From an uncultured Bacteroides sp. (lineage in GTDB: Bacteria; Bacteroidota; Bacteroidia; Bacteroidales; Bacteroidaceae): DNA of 41,011 bases. Below are positions 20,824 through 32,066 of the stretch, in pieces. The translations under genes and the position numbers were made by a program. The stretch is taken from positions 1-41,011 of the forward strand of contig URWP01000001.1 of assembly GCA_900551645.1 (NCBI GenBank), written 5' to 3'. Position 1 is the first letter of the stretch. Every line of letters begins with the position of its first letter. The notes under the pieces are model-generated. The model saw only the letters and a program-made list of their open reading frames with translations. It ran no database searches and was not told the DNA's origin.

Positions 20824-23709
20824 ATGAACATCAAGTATTTTTTAAAGGTGGCTGTTTGTCTGTTGGCATGGGTTACAGCAGTGCCTGCTTCTTCTGAGTC
20901 AATCAGAACCCGGGCTGTTCCTGCTTTGTATAGAACAGCCGGTGGATTAAAACAGGAAGTACAGGTCATTATTGAACATCAGGGAGTTTCCACTCAAGCG
21001 ACTGTCAACTTTAACGGACAGGTTAAGAATATCCGGTTGTCTGAAGGAGAAAATATCTGTTCGTTTGAGTTGGATGAAATCAAAAATGAACAGCAGATAC
21101 CGTTGTCTGTTTCATATGCCGGTGATACGCATCAGTCTGCTGTTACAGTGAAACCTGTACGTCATTGGCAGGTTAATATGGTACAGCATACCCATACAGA
21201 TATCGGGTATACACGTTCGCAGATGGAAATTCTGGCAGAACATCTCCGTTACATTGACTACGCCTTGGATTATTGTGATGCTACCGATCAGTATCCGGAT
21301 GATGCCAAGTTCCGCTGGACATGCGAGATTGCCTGGGCGGTAAGCGAGTATTTGAAATGCCGTCCGGCCGAACAGGTTTCCCGTCTGAAGAAGCGGGTGA
21401 AAGAGGGACGCATTGAACTTGCTACCATGTATCTGAATTTTGATGAGTTACCTGATGAACAAACATTGGCTGCTTCCTTATACCCGTTGAAACAGTTTCG
21501 GGAGGCCGGACTACGGGCAGAAGTAGCCATGCAAAATGATGTAAATGGTATCGGTTGGTGTTTCAGTGAGTATTTTGCAGATGCTGGTGTAAAGTATGTC
21601 AATATGGGAACACATGGCCACCGGGCATTGATTTGTTTCGATAAGCCTACAGTTTTCTGGTGGGAATCTCCTTCAGGCAAGAAGATTCTGACGTATCGGG
21701 CCGAACACTATAATCAAGGTAATTTCTGGGGAGTTGAGACAGGTGATTTCAATCGCTTTGAAACTCGTGTACTTGATTACCTGGATCAGATGGAAGCAAA
21801 GGATTATCCGTTTGATATCGTAGCTGCCCAGCATTCCGGATATTTTACAGACAATGCTCCTCCTTCTACCCGTAGCTGTGAAATGGTAAAGCGCTGGAAT
21901 GAGAAATATGAATGGCCTAAAATGCGTACAGCGGTAGCGAGTGAGTTGTTTAAGAAAGTAGAGACAAACTATGCGGACAGGATTCAGACTATCCGTGGAG
22001 CTTGGCCGGACTGGTGGACAGACGGTTTTGCATCAGGAGCAAGAGAAGCGGCGATTTCAAGAGTTACTCATTCGAATGTGATTGCCGATCAGGGTGGTTT
22101 GTCATTTGCCAAAATGTTGGGAGCAAAGCTTCCGGAAAATGCTAATGAACAGATTGATGCTATCAATCAGTCGTTGCTGTTTTACGATGAACACACTTTT
22201 GGATATAGCGAAAGTGTCCGTAATCCTTATGGAGTGGAGACTTGGGAACAGCGTTCTCTGAAGCAATCTTATGCATGGGAGGCTTATCGTCATTGTGGGT
22301 TGTTGGGCGAACAGGTTATGGGATTGTTGCAGGCCTATGTTCCGAAGGCAGATGTTCCTTCGATTGCCGTGTTCAATACGTTGAACTGGACATACAGCGG
22401 CATTGCCAAAGCCTATATTGATCATCAGATTCTACCCCGTGACAAGGCATTCGAGATTGTAGATGCGCTAGGAAATATCATTCCGGCACAACCTGGTGAA
22501 CGTCGTTCAGACGGTACATATTGGTCACTGTATGTAAAGGATGTTCCTGCACTGGGGTATGCACAATATTATATCCGGTTAAAGAATGAACCGGTTGAAA
22601 CTGAAGAAAGGCAGTCTCAATTACCAGATAAGACAGTGGAGAATAATTGGTATCGGATAACGTTCAATCCTGCTAAAGGTACTATCAGTCAACTGTACGA
22701 TAAAGAGTTGGGCTGCGATATCCTGACACCGAATGCGGAATGGGAAATGGGTGAGTTTATTTATGAAATTATTGATAGTCGTCATCCGATGGAACAGTAT
22801 AAGGCTCCTCAATTTCTGCGTCGTCGTCCGGAACGTATTCGTTTCGAGGCATTCGAATCGGGTGATATCTGGGATACTTATCGTTTCCGGGGAGAAACCG
22901 TAGCCGGACGGGAACCGGATAATCTGATGGTAGAATATCGGATTTTCAAGGTGGAGAAAAAAATAGAAGTAGTTTATCGTTTGCGCAAAAAGGCGGTGAC
23001 TGATCCTGAAGCAGTATACATTTCTTTCCCGTTCGAAATGTCTGATGGAAAAATCCATCTGGATGTACCGGGAGGAACAATTGAAGCGGGTGTAGACCAG
23101 ATTCCGGGTTCTTCCAATGACTGGTATACCGTACAGAATTTTGCCGCTGCCCGTAGTGATAAGGGACAAGTGGTAATGGGTAGTCAGGAAATTCCGTTGA
23201 TGCAGTTCGGGGCTATCAATACCGGACGTTATCAGGCTGGTGCAGTTCCGCAGTCAACGAATATGTATTCGTGGCCGATGAATAACTATTGGGTTACCAA
23301 TTTCAATGCCGATCAGATGGGAGAAATTCAGTGGAGTTATTTCATTAGCTCTGATACAAACGCAAGTAATCAATATGCTACCCGTTTTGCTTGGGAGAAC
23401 CGGATTCCGTTCCTGACACGAGTTTTACCTGCCGGTCATGAAAAAGGTACTCCCTTACAGCCTGCTTCGTTGTTCCGTATTCTTCCAGAGAATCTGTTGC
23501 TGGTGAATATGAAGCCGGTAGAAGGAGAACGAGCTGTTATGTTGCAGCTTCGTGAAGTAGATGGTAAGCCTGCCCGTTTTGAAGTGGAAGCAGGAAAAAT
23601 CAATATATCACGGATTACTGAATGTGATGTGGTAGGTGCTCCATTGAAAAGAAAAGCTTCCGTTCAGTTCGCTCCTTGGGAGAACAAATTCATTAAACTG
23701 AGCTTTTAG
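20824..23709 (+). CDS. GH38-like alpha-mannosidase, secreted
   Basis: Signal peptide from ATG 20824, metal motif HTHTDIGY, QNDVNG nucleophile region, FWWESPSG, YDEHTFG, VFNTLNW and VPALGY. Confidence 0.88.
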   Translation: MNIKYFLKVAVCLLAWVTAVPASSESIRTRAVPALYRTAGGLKQEVQVIIEHQGVSTQATVNFNGQVKNIRLSEGENICSFELDEIKNEQQIPLSVSYAGDTHQSAVTVKPVRHWQVNMVQHTHTDIGYTRSQMEILAEHLRYIDYALDYCDATDQYPDDAKFRWTCEIAWAVSEYLKCRPAEQVSRLKKRVKEGRIELATMYLNFDELPDEQTLAASLYPLKQFREAGLRAEVAMQNDVNGIGWCFSEYFADAGVKYVNMGTHGHRALICFDKPTVFWWESPSGKKILTYRAEHYNQGNFWGVETGDFNRFETRVLDYLDQMEAKDYPFDIVAAQHSGYFTDNAPPSTRSCEMVKRWNEKYEWPKMRTAVASELFKKVETNYADRIQTIRGAWPDWWTDGFASGAREAAISRVTHSNVIADQGGLSFAKMLGAKLPENANEQIDAINQSLLFYDEHTFGYSESVRNPYGVETWEQRSLKQSYAWEAYRHCGLLGEQVMGLLQAYVPKADVPSIAVFNTLNWTYSGIAKAYIDHQILPRDKAFEIVDALGNIIPAQPGERRSDGTYWSLYVKDVPALGYAQYYIRLKNEPVETEERQSQLPDKTVENNWYRITFNPAKGTISQLYDKELGCDILTPNAEWEMGEFIYEIIDSRHPMEQYKAPQFLRRRPERIRFEAFESGDIWDTYRFRGETVAGREPDNLMVEYRIFKVEKKIEVVYRLRKKAVTDPEAVYISFPFEMSDGKIHLDVPGGTIEAGVDQIPGSSNDWYTVQNFAAARSDKGQVVMGSQEIPLMQFGAINTGRYQAGAVPQSTNMYSWPMNNYWVTNFNADQMGEIQWSYFISSDTNASNQYATRFAWENRIPFLTRVLPAGHEKGTPLQPASLFRILPENLLLVNMKPVEGERAVMLQLREVDGKPARFEVEAGKINISRITECDVVGAPLKRKASVQFAPWENKFIKLSF

Positions 23710-23727
23710 AAAGAAGCACTTGTATTC

Positions 23728-23772
23728 TGACAGAAGAACAAATGTTGTAGTTTGTTCTTCTGTCATTTTTTT
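23728..23772. terminator. Intrinsic terminator ending the mannoside operon, overlapping the mnmD stop
   Basis: Perfect 15-bp inverted repeat TGACAGAAGAACAAA (23728-23742) / TTTGTTCTTCTGTCA (23751-23765), followed by a T run. Confidence 0.88.
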
Positions 23773-24428
23773 TCTTTAGTAGCCCGTAGGATTTCCCGTT
23801 TGCCTCCCGGAGGGCCAGGCAGACGTTCTACTGTAAACCCTGCCGCCTGCAGCATACGTCTTACTGCTCCTTTGGCACAATAAGTAGTCAGAATACCTTG
23901 AGAGTTCAGTTGTCTGTATAAGGTATCGAATAGAGGTTGGGTCCACATTTCCGGTTGCTTTTCCGGTGCGAAGGCATCGAAGTAAATCACATCGTAGGTA
24001 TTGGGAAAGGTATACGAGGTAAAGTCAGTTTCTACTTTGTAAAGAGTAAAATAAGGAGTCAGTCGGACATCTGTATTCCAGTTAGCTTGGTGTAGGGCCT
24101 GAAAATCAGTGGCTCTTTCCGGACAGATAAGTTCGGGGTAGGTCAGTTGTCGGATAAGTTCCTGACTGACCGGATAACGTTCCAAGGTAGTATAATGGAT
24201 AGATTTCTGCATTTTGTCTGCAGCCAATAGAGTCAGAAAAGCGTTCAGGCCTGTGCCAAATCCGATTTCCAGAATATGAGGGCTTTCTGCGCTACTATGT
24301 TCCAGTCCCATGCGGATAAAGATATGTTCTGATTCTGTCAAAGCTCCTTTTACTGAGTGATAGTGTTCGTTCAGTTCCGGAACGAAGAGTGTTTGACTGC
24401 CGTCGGCTGTCTGTTCAATTTGAATCAT
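23763..24428 (-). CDS. mnmD: tRNA (5-methylaminomethyl-2-thiouridine(34)) methyltransferase MnmD
   Basis: [37 protein letters not shown] and GPPGGKRE. Confidence 0.92.
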   Translation of the reverse strand: MIQIEQTADGSQTLFVPELNEHYHSVKGALTESEHIFIRMGLEHSSAESPHILEIGFGTGLNAFLTLLAADKMQKSIHYTTLERYPVSQELIRQLTYPELICPERATDFQALHQANWNTDVRLTPYFTLYKVETDFTSYTFPNTYDVIYFDAFAPEKQPEMWTQPLFDTLYRQLNSQGILTTYCAKGAVRRMLQAAGFTVERLPGPPGGKREILRATKEKK

Positions 24429-24453
24429 AGAAGTTCTGTTGTTGAAGAAAAGG

Positions 24454-24915
24454 TTAGAATAGATGAATAAGTCCCAGAGCAGCGGCTACCAGCAGGACAT
24501 ACCGTGCCAGTTTGCCTAAGGTCATAGAGACGGTGACAATACCTATATGTGCCCGCATCAGTCCGAGTACGATAAGGATAGCGTCGCCAATGACGGGTAA
24601 AAAAGAGAATAAAGCCATCCACGCTCCTTTCCCGTGAATGAAGCGTGCAGCCTTATCCAGCTGTTTCTTGTCTACTTTTAAGTATTTTTCTATCCATTCC
24701 ATTTTGCCCAAATGTCCTATCCAGTAGCAGGTCAGTCCACCCAAAGCGTTTCCGGCAGTGGTGGAGAGGGTAGACCATATCGGGTCCAGTCCCAGTCCGA
24801 TGCAGGCCAGTAATACGGCTTCTGAGCTGAAGGGCAGGATGGTTCCTGCCAGAAAGGCGGAAATGAACATACCGATGTACCCCCATTCCGTCAGATAATG
24901 TAAAAATGCATCCAT
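24454..24915 (-). CDS. YqaA/DedA-family membrane protein
   Basis: SAFLAGTILPFSSE, GNALGG, LPVIGD and GKLARY. Confidence 0.88.
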   Translation of the reverse strand: MDAFLHYLTEWGYIGMFISAFLAGTILPFSSEAVLLACIGLGLDPIWSTLSTTAGNALGGLTCYWIGHLGKMEWIEKYLKVDKKQLDKAARFIHGKGAWMALFSFLPVIGDAILIVLGLMRAHIGIVTVSMTLGKLARYVLLVAAALGLIHLF

Positions 24916-25826
24916 ACATTGAAAAGTGTCATGATTCCTAAAAGTATGAAGATAATCCACAGACTGATTTGTGTGAATCGATTGAATACCAGTGCAAAGA
25001 AATGTCCGAAAAATACTGAGCTACATATCAGCAATATTGGGAACAGTCCGTTGAAAGAGGCAGGAAGTAACAGAATGAAAGCAATGATAATAATTTCCAG
25101 TGCCATGAGTGTCCGTAACAGAATACGGGTCTGTACCTTATCCTGATAGGTTTGAGTCAAGCTTTGTGCCGTACAAAGAAGGGTGATGACCAGCAAGATT
25201 CCTAACGAGAGGTATTGGTCCCATCCTAGCAGGTGATAATTGGGTATAGCTGGTATCAGCTGTTGGTAGAATTTTTGGGTCGTTTCCAGCCAGTTGCCTT
25301 TGTAGAGAAGGTAACAACCTCCCAACCAGTAAGGAGTTAGCAGTCCCAATAAACCGGCAAAAAAGGTACGTGGATTCAGGGAGCGGAGTTGAATCATCAG
25401 CAGATACAGGACAGGGGTCAGGTAAAGTGTCTGTGGAATGATGATTCCGATGATACCAACACAGCAGAAGGCATGATAAATGGTAGTCGATGCATAAGGT
25501 GATTCGAAGCTTTTGAACAGCGAGAAAAGCATCCCGATGAATAATAGCGGCAGAAAGGTTTCGGTTCCGAAAGTATGTAGGAACGGACAGACGGAAAAAC
25601 AGACCAGAAAAAAGGAAGAGGGGAGGGTAGTACGTGTCCGTATCAGGGCAAAGGTGGTGTTCAACTCAATAATCAGGTAGGTGACGCAGGCACAGATAAG
25701 CCACGCATACAGGCTTTCCCAACCCTGATAGGAGATTCCGCAGAACACCAATGACAAAAGAATAGCAACGGGAAGAGTCATTCTACCCGTTGCTATCTGA
25801 TATTGGAATCTGTTTTTTACAGACAT
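24891..25826 (-). CDS. Conserved Bacteroidales multi-pass membrane protein (DUF6427-like)
   Basis: Highly hydrophobic 311-aa ORF with ELNTTFALIRTRT, in operon position between purD and the YqaA gene. Confidence 0.75.
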   Translation of the reverse strand: MSVKNRFQYQIATGRMTLPVAILLSLVFCGISYQGWESLYAWLICACVTYLIIELNTTFALIRTRTTLPSSFFLVCFSVCPFLHTFGTETFLPLLFIGMLFSLFKSFESPYASTTIYHAFCCVGIIGIIIPQTLYLTPVLYLLMIQLRSLNPRTFFAGLLGLLTPYWLGGCYLLYKGNWLETTQKFYQQLIPAIPNYHLLGWDQYLSLGILLVITLLCTAQSLTQTYQDKVQTRILLRTLMALEIIIIAFILLLPASFNGLFPILLICSSVFFGHFFALVFNRFTQISLWIIFILLGIMTLFNVWMHFYII

Positions 25827-25841
25827 AGTTCTCTTGATTGG

Positions 25842-27116
25842 TTACAGATCGAATCCGATGTCGGAACGGAAATACTTCTTTTCGAAGTGAATTTTTCCGG
25901 CATTTTCGAATGACAGAGCCAAGGCTTCTTCCTTATTGGTTCCGTAAGAGCTGACAGCAATGACGCGTCCACCGCTGGTAACTACCTGATTGTCCTTTAA
26001 GGCTGTTCCTGCGTGGAAAACAATACTGCCACCTGCTTTTGCTTCTTCGATACCTGTCATCGGGAATCCTTTCTCGTAGGCTTCCGGATAACCGCCCGAT
26101 ACCAGCATGACGCAAACAGCAGAACGCGGGTCTATTTCGAGAGATTTCTCAGCCAGGTTACCGGCGGCAACTCCTTCGAAAAGGTCTACCAGGTCGCTCT
26201 TGATACGTAGCATGACACTTTCTGTTTCCGGGTCTCCCATGCGTACGTTGTATTCGATGACCATCGGATTACCTTTTACATTGATGAGGCCGAAGAAAAT
26301 GAAACCCTTGTAGTCGATACCTTCGGCAGCCAGTCCTTCTACAGTCGGACGGATGATGCGGTCTTCCACCTTTTTCATCCAGTCAGCATCGGCAAACGGA
26401 ACCGGAGATACGGAACCCATACCACCTGTGTTCAACCCTTTATCGCCTTCGCCAATACGCTTATAGTCCTTTGCTTCCGGTAGAATCTTGTAGTCTTTTC
26501 CGTCGGTGAGCACGAATACAGAGCATTCGATACCACTCAGGAACTCTTCGATGACTACGGTCGATGAGGCGTTGCCGAACATACCACCCAGCATTTCCTT
26601 CAGTTCTTTCTTGGCTTCTTCCAGAGTTGGCAGAATCAGTACGCCTTTTCCGGCACACAAACCGTCAGCTTTCAGTACGTATGGAGCTTCCAGTGTTTCC
26701 AGGAAAGCCAGTCCTTCTTCCAGATTTGCGGCGGTTATACTTTTGTAACCGGCTGTCGGAATATGATGACGTTGCATGAAGCCTTTGGCAAATTCCTTGC
26801 TACCTTCCAGTACGGCTCCGGCTTTTGACGGACCGATGACCGGAATGGCCTTCAGCGCTTCGTCGTTCTTGAAATAGTCATAAATGCCTTTTACCAGCGG
26901 GTCTTCCGGCCCTACTACTACCATGTCGATGCCTTTTTCTAGTACCAGCTGTTTGATGGCATCGAAGTCGTCGGCTTTAATGGCTACGTTTTCGCCTACT
27001 TCACGTGTTCCGGCATTTCCCGGAGCGATGTATAATTTTTCGATTTTCGGGCTTTGGGCGATTTTCCATGCCAAGGCATGTTCGCGTCCACCTGAACCTA
27101 ATAATAAAAGCTTCAT
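25842..27116 (-). CDS. purD: Phosphoribosylamine--glycine ligase
   Basis: [39 protein letters not shown] and [10 protein letters not shown]. Confidence 0.98.
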   Translation of the reverse strand: MKLLLLGSGGREHALAWKIAQSPKIEKLYIAPGNAGTREVGENVAIKADDFDAIKQLVLEKGIDMVVVGPEDPLVKGIYDYFKNDEALKAIPVIGPSKAGAVLEGSKEFAKGFMQRHHIPTAGYKSITAANLEEGLAFLETLEAPYVLKADGLCAGKGVLILPTLEEAKKELKEMLGGMFGNASSTVVIEEFLSGIECSVFVLTDGKDYKILPEAKDYKRIGEGDKGLNTGGMGSVSPVPFADADWMKKVEDRIIRPTVEGLAAEGIDYKGFIFFGLINVKGNPMVIEYNVRMGDPETESVMLRIKSDLVDLFEGVAAGNLAEKSLEIDPRSAVCVMLVSGGYPEAYEKGFPMTGIEEAKAGGSIVFHAGTALKDNQVVTSGGRVIAVSSYGTNKEEALALSFENAGKIHFEKKYFRSDIGFDL

Positions 27117-27139
27117 ATCGTTGTAAAGGTTTAATTGGT

Positions 27140-29416
27140 TTATTTCAGGTAATCTTCAAAATAACGGGTGATATGTTCATGCAGGTGTACCCGATCTCTT
27201 CCCATCATGTTGTGTCCGTCTTCCGGATAAATGAACAGGTCCGGATGGGTACCGGCTTCGATGCAGGCGCGCAGGAAAGTATAGGTGTGCTGCGGTACAC
27301 ACGTCGGGTCTGTTCCACCGATGATGACCTGCAGACGGCCTTTCAGGTTACCGGCCTTTTCGCGGAGATTAGATTTTTTATAACCTTCCGGATTGTCTTG
27401 CGGACTGTCCATATAACGTTCGCCGTACATTACTTCGTACAGGTGCCAGTCAATAACCGGACCGCCGGCTACTCCTACCTTGAAGATTTCCGGATAAGTC
27501 AGCATCAGGTTAGTGGTCATGAAGCCTCCAAAGCTCCAACCGTGTACGCCGATTTTGTCTGCATCTACATAAGGTAGCGATTGCAGGAATTTGGCTCCTT
27601 CTACCTGGTCTTTCATTTCTTCTTCACCCAGGTGGCGGAAGGTGCAGTTCTCGAAGTTCAATCCGCGGTTATCGCTGCCACGGCTGTCTACCGTAAGCAT
27701 GACATATCCTTTTTGAGCCATGTACAGGTCCCATCCACGGGCATCGTAGAAGCGGTTGTTATGAATCAGTTGGGCATGCGGGCCACCGTATACATAAATG
27801 ATGGCCGGATATTTTTTATTTGGATCGAAGTTGACCGGTTTGATAAGACGGTAATAAAGGTCTGTCTTACCATCAGCCGATTTCAAAGTACCCAGCGTGA
27901 TTTCCGGCAAGTTGTAGTTTTCAATCAGCGGGTCGGTAGCGGTCAGCAGTACGGTACCCTTTTTTCCGTTGGTCGGCAACAGGCTGATTTCACGTGGAAC
28001 ACTGAACGAATTGAAGTTGTCTATCACATAAGTACCACTGGCTGATAACTGGGCGTAGTGCATACCGTCTTCCTTGCCGATTAAGGTACGTTTCCCGTCG
28101 TTTACATTGACGGTGAAGATATTGGTTTGTAACGGAGAGATTTCCGTACTTCCGATGATGACCTGTTTCTTGGCCGGATTGAATCCCAATACCTGCTGTA
28201 CCAGCCAGTCGCCTTGGGTCAATGGAGTCACTTTGAGTGATTCCTTGTAGGTTCCTCCTGCTTTTGCTTCTTTTTCAACCGGAGTGATTTCGGATGCTGT
28301 ATCGAACAGATACAGATGGTTGAAACCGTCCCGTTGGCTTTGATACAGGAATTTACTGCTGTCCCATGGCAGGAAAATCAGCGGTTGCTGAGGTTCTACG
28401 TATTTCGGATGGGTTTCTTCATAGAGAACAGCTTCTTTCGCACCGGTTTCAGCATTGTAACGCACCAGTTGTGCATGGTTCTGGTCGCGGTTCAGTTCAA
28501 TGACGTAGATGTTTTTTTCATCGGGTGACCAGCTGATGTTGGTGAAATAGCGGTCGGTCGGGTCGCCTGCCTGCAGGTATACCGTTTTGCCGGATGCTAT
28601 GTTATAAACACCTACTGTTACCTGATGGCTGGTCATACCTGCCATCGGATATTTGTCCGGTTCGAAGGTAGCGATGCGGGTAGAGGTATTTACTTGCGGA
28701 TAATCAGTTACCATACTCTGGTCCATGCGATAAAATGCCAGATAAGTACCTTTCGGGCTCCAGAAAGTACCTTTGTAGATACCGAATTCGTTGCGGTGTA
28801 CGGCCTGTCCGTATACGATGTCATGCAGTTTTTCATTGTCTTTCTTCGGGCTGACAGCCTGGCTGTTTGCACCCTGGTGGGCAATGTACAGGTGGTCGCC
28901 GGCTGTATAGGCCAGGTAACCGTTGGCTTTGCAGAAATCGTAGTTGGTAGCTCCCTGTTCCGGAATACGGAATAGGTTGGTAATCTGTTTCTTTCCGAAG
29001 TCATAGAAAAACATGTAGTTTTCGCTGATTTGTTCGTTGCCTGCTTTGCCGTAGAGCAGGATGACTTTCCGGTCACCCCATGGCAGTGAAGCGCCGGACA
29101 AAGTACGCAGCGGTTTGATGGAATATTCCGGCTTATACGGCAGGTTGTTGCCGGACAAGGCTGCGTTAATCTCTTCCAGTGTGACGAGCGGTTTTTCTTT
29201 GCCGTTCTTTAAATCAATTTGTTGGATAGCCTCCACATCGGTACGGACACAGACGTCTCCCCACCATTGCAGGCCGGGCATTGATTTAGGCACCAGGTTG
29301 AAATAGTTGTCTCCACCCGGAATGACATCTTCCAGGGTAAATGCCTTTTTTTCTTGTGCGGTAGCGCTCAGTGCCATCATACAGCAAAACAATATGAAAT
29401 GGAATACGCGTTTCAT
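27140..29416 (-). CDS. S9B-family dipeptidyl peptidase IV / prolyl tripeptidyl peptidase
   Basis: Signal peptide, DPPIV_N propeller (FWSPKG), VYGGP, nucleophile GWSFGG and YPEDGH. Confidence 0.93.
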   Translation of the reverse strand: MKRVFHFILFCCMMALSATAQEKKAFTLEDVIPGGDNYFNLVPKSMPGLQWWGDVCVRTDVEAIQQIDLKNGKEKPLVTLEEINAALSGNNLPYKPEYSIKPLRTLSGASLPWGDRKVILLYGKAGNEQISENYMFFYDFGKKQITNLFRIPEQGATNYDFCKANGYLAYTAGDHLYIAHQGANSQAVSPKKDNEKLHDIVYGQAVHRNEFGIYKGTFWSPKGTYLAFYRMDQSMVTDYPQVNTSTRIATFEPDKYPMAGMTSHQVTVGVYNIASGKTVYLQAGDPTDRYFTNISWSPDEKNIYVIELNRDQNHAQLVRYNAETGAKEAVLYEETHPKYVEPQQPLIFLPWDSSKFLYQSQRDGFNHLYLFDTASEITPVEKEAKAGGTYKESLKVTPLTQGDWLVQQVLGFNPAKKQVIIGSTEISPLQTNIFTVNVNDGKRTLIGKEDGMHYAQLSASGTYVIDNFNSFSVPREISLLPTNGKKGTVLLTATDPLIENYNLPEITLGTLKSADGKTDLYYRLIKPVNFDPNKKYPAIIYVYGGPHAQLIHNNRFYDARGWDLYMAQKGYVMLTVDSRGSDNRGLNFENCTFRHLGEEEMKDQVEGAKFLQSLPYVDADKIGVHGWSFGGFMTTNLMLTYPEIFKVGVAGGPVIDWHLYEVMYGERYMDSPQDNPEGYKKSNLREKAGNLKGRLQVIIGGTDPTCVPQHTYTFLRACIEAGTHPDLFIYPEDGHNMMGRDRVHLHEHITRYFEDYLK

Positions 29417-29432
29417 GAATTATCGGGTTTTA

Positions 29433-30944
29433 TCAATCTTCGTTCAATTCTTCTTTTTTCTTGCGCAAATCGTGCATATACTGTACACGGGGGCCTGGCT
29501 TGGGACGTCCGTCATCCGTACTTGGACGTTTCGGGCGTGGATTTTCCTCGTCTTTGTAACGGAATTTATTGCGTCGTTCCCGGTCTTCGCGGAATCCTTC
29601 CTTGCGGTCTTTTCGGAAACCTTCTTTGCGATCACGGAATCCTCCTTTGCGTTCATCGCGTTCATCTTCATTCCGTCTGCTACGGCCTTCATAACGTTTG
29701 TTACGGTCGTAATTGGCTTTTTCTGCTGTCATACGTGGACGTTTGAACGGTTTGTTTTCGTTTCCTTCCCGTTTGGGCTTGAGTTCGTTATTGTCACTGC
29801 GGAAATCTTTGAATTTACCGTCGAAAAGTTGGTATTTGCGGAGTTGGCATTCCAGGGCACCGTTGAACAGAGGTACCTTTACAGAGGCTTTCAAGCCAAT
29901 TTGGTCGAAACATTCGTCACGGTAGCTCAGAATCCAGGCATCGTTACCGGCAAAGGCATGTTTCAAGCGTTCACCGATCATCTGATACAGTCCCAACAAG
30001 TCTTCCGACGAGATTCGTTCCCCGTAAGGCGGGTTCATGATGATAATGCTCTTTTCTGAAGGCTGTTCGAACTGCTGGAACGGCTGTATAGCTAATACAA
30101 CATCCTTGCTGACGCCTGCTGCCTTTACGTTGTGGGTAGCGATTTCGTTTGCCTTCGGGTTATTGTCGTACCCATATATCTTGTGTGTGAATTCTTTTTC
30201 CTGTGAATCGTCGTTATAGATGGAGTCGAACAGTTCCTGATCGAAGTCTTTCCATTTTTCGAAGCCATATTCCTTGCGGAACACACCCGGAGCAATGTTG
30301 CGGGCAATCAGAGCTGCTTCGATAGGTATGGTACCTGAACCGCACATCGGGTCAATCAGGTCGCATTCCCCGCGCCAGCCGGTCATCAGGATGATACCTG
30401 CAGCCAGTACTTCGTTCAACGGAGCTTCTACCTGTTCCTGACGGTAGCCGCGGCGATGCAATGATTCACCGGAACTGTCAAGTGAAAGGGTACACTGGTT
30501 CTCGGCTATGTGGATGTTGATGGACAGGTCCGGGTTATTGATACGTACAGACGGACGGTTGCCGGTCTTTTCGCGGAAATAGTCGACAATCGCATCTTTT
30601 ACTTTATAAGCCACGAACTTGGAATGACGGAACTCGGTTGAGAAGACTACGGCATCTACGGCAAAGCTGCTCATGTTGTCCAGATAGTTTTCCCAGGCTA
30701 TGCTTTTTACGGCATCGTATACTTCGTCTGCTGTCTGGGCAGTAAAATGTTTGATGGGTTTCAGGATACGGATGGCGGTACGCAGGCAGAAATTGGCTTT
30801 ATACACCATAGCTTTGTCGCCTGTAAAAGAAACCATGCGGCGTCCGATTTCAATGTTGCTCGCTCCTAACTCGGTGAGTTCTTGTGCCAACACTTCTTCC
30901 AGCCCTTGGAAGGTTTTGGCTATCAGCTCGAATTCTTGATTCAT
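29433..30944 (-). CDS. THUMP-domain class I SAM-dependent RNA methyltransferase (RlmL/YpsC-like)
   Basis: SLHRRGYR, APLNEVLAA, DPMCGSGT and NPPYGER, plus a charged low-complexity C-terminal tail. Confidence 0.92.
   Translation of the reverse strand: MNQEFELIAKTFQGLEEVLAQELTELGASNIEIGRRMVSFTGDKAMVYKANFCLRTAIRILKPIKHFTAQTADEVYDAVKSIAWENYLDNMSSFAVDAVVFSTEFRHSKFVAYKVKDAIVDYFREKTGNRPSVRINNPDLSINIHIAENQCTLSLDSSGESLHRRGYRQEQVEAPLNEVLAAGIILMTGWRGECDLIDPMCGSGTIPIEAALIARNIAPGVFRKEYGFEKWKDFDQELFDSIYNDDSQEKEFTHKIYGYDNNPKANEIATHNVKAAGVSKDVVLAIQPFQQFEQPSEKSIIIMNPPYGERISSEDLLGLYQMIGERLKHAFAGNDAWILSYRDECFDQIGLKASVKVPLFNGALECQLRKYQLFDGKFKDFRSDNNELKPKREGNENKPFKRPRMTAEKANYDRNKRYEGRSRRNEDERDERKGGFRDRKEGFRKDRKEGFREDRERRNKFRYKDEENPRPKRPSTDDGRPKPGPRVQYMHDLRKKKEELNED
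29581..29649 (-). repeat. Imperfect 24/24/21-bp coding tandem repeat (RKEGFRxD)
   Basis: CGGTCTTCGCGGAATCCTTCCTTG / CGGTCTTTTCGGAAACCTTCTTTG / CGATCACGGAATCCTCCTTTG. Confidence 0.75.
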
Positions 30945-30977
30945 GTTGATTTAATTACGTAATTTCAAATGATTGTG

Positions 30978-30985
30978 CAAAAATA
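30978..30985 (-). promoter_or_regulatory. -7 promoter element of the THUMP-S9-purD-mnmD operon
   Basis: TATTTTTG on the minus strand 33 nt upstream of the ATG, with GTTG 20 nt further upstream. Confidence 0.55.
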
Positions 30986-31054
30986 GGTATTTTCAGTCAG
31001 TCGGTCAACTGTTTGTACATAAAATGCTTGGTATGACGGCTGTTTGTGAATAGC

Positions 31055-31960
31055 TTAGAAATCCTTGCTTTTCCGTTGTACGATGCGGGCTCCCGGTTCT
31101 ACGCTTTCCGTTACCCAGATGTTACCGCCGATGGTAGCTCCTTTACCGATGGTGATACGCCCCAGAATGGTAGCGTTGGAATAGACAATGACATCGTCTT
31201 CCAGAATGGGGTGGCGAGGGATTCCTTTGATAGGGTTTCCGTTGTCGTCCAACGGGAAACTTTTTGCTCCCAAGGTGACTCCCTGATACAGTTTGACATT
31301 GTTTCCGATGATGCAGGTCGCACCAATGACAACTCCTGTTCCGTGGTCGATGGTGAAGTGGTGTCCTATCTGTGCGCCCGGATGAATATCGATACCCGTT
31401 TCCGAGTGTGCCATTTCGGTGATGATGCGCGGAATAAGTGGAATATTCAGTTTATACAGTTCGTGAGCAATCCGGTAATTCGTGATGGCACGGATAATCG
31501 GATAACAGCAGATGATTTCACCGAAACAGGTGGCTGCCGGATCACCATAATAGGCGGCTTCCACATCGGTAGCCAGAATTTGCCGCATTTCGGGCAAGCG
31601 ACTGATGAATTCGGCAGCAAGTTTGGCCGATGTGGCACGGCAGGGAGATTCATATTCCTGGATGCCAGAGTTTTCCACACCGAAACAGAGCCCGGCTTGA
31701 ATCTGGTCGGTCAGCAGTTCAAAGAGTTCTTCAATATTTACTCCAATGTGGTAGTTGATGGTCTGGCTGTTGATGGTGGAATTTCCAAAATATCCCGGAA
31801 AGAGGATGGAACGGGCCAGTTCTACGATGCGTTGCAGCGATTTTCCCGATGGAAGTGGTTCTCCTTCCCTGTGCTGGTGGAATAGTCCTTGATAGGATTG
31901 GCTGTCTGATAGCTCGTCCACCGCCTTAGTCAGTATGTGTGTATAATCTAACGGACTCAT
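31055..31960 (-). CDS. cysE: Serine O-acetyltransferase (CysE/EpsC type)
   Basis: GDPAA, YRIAHEL, TGIDIHPGAQIG, IDHGTG, YQGVTLG and RHP hexapeptide repeats. Start set at ATG 31960, downstream of a TACCTTTG element. Confidence 0.93.
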   Translation of the reverse strand: MSPLDYTHILTKAVDELSDSQSYQGLFHQHREGEPLPSGKSLQRIVELARSILFPGYFGNSTINSQTINYHIGVNIEELFELLTDQIQAGLCFGVENSGIQEYESPCRATSAKLAAEFISRLPEMRQILATDVEAAYYGDPAATCFGEIICCYPIIRAITNYRIAHELYKLNIPLIPRIITEMAHSETGIDIHPGAQIGHHFTIDHGTGVVIGATCIIGNNVKLYQGVTLGAKSFPLDDNGNPIKGIPRHPILEDDVIVYSNATILGRITIGKGATIGGNIWVTESVEPGARIVQRKSKDF

Positions 31961-31983
31961 AATGCTTTGTTTCTGATAATTGG

Positions 31984-31991
31984 CAAAGGTA
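31984..31991 (-). promoter_or_regulatory. -7 promoter element of cysE
   Basis: TACCTTTG on the minus strand 23 nt upstream of ATG 31960. Confidence 0.6.
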
Positions 31992-32066
31992 CGAAAAAAT
32001 TGATGCATTGGGCTTTTCCCTCCTGAAAATGTATGCGATTACACCGTTGATATATTTGCTGGAAAA

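Noticed and set aside
29307..30059. 250-aa Phe-rich plus-strand ORF resembling a membrane protein
   Set aside because: Antisense shadow of the K/E/R-rich tail of the THUMP methyltransferase.
31046..31885. 279-aa plus-strand ORF
   Set aside because: Antisense to a clear cysE, with no recognisable motif.
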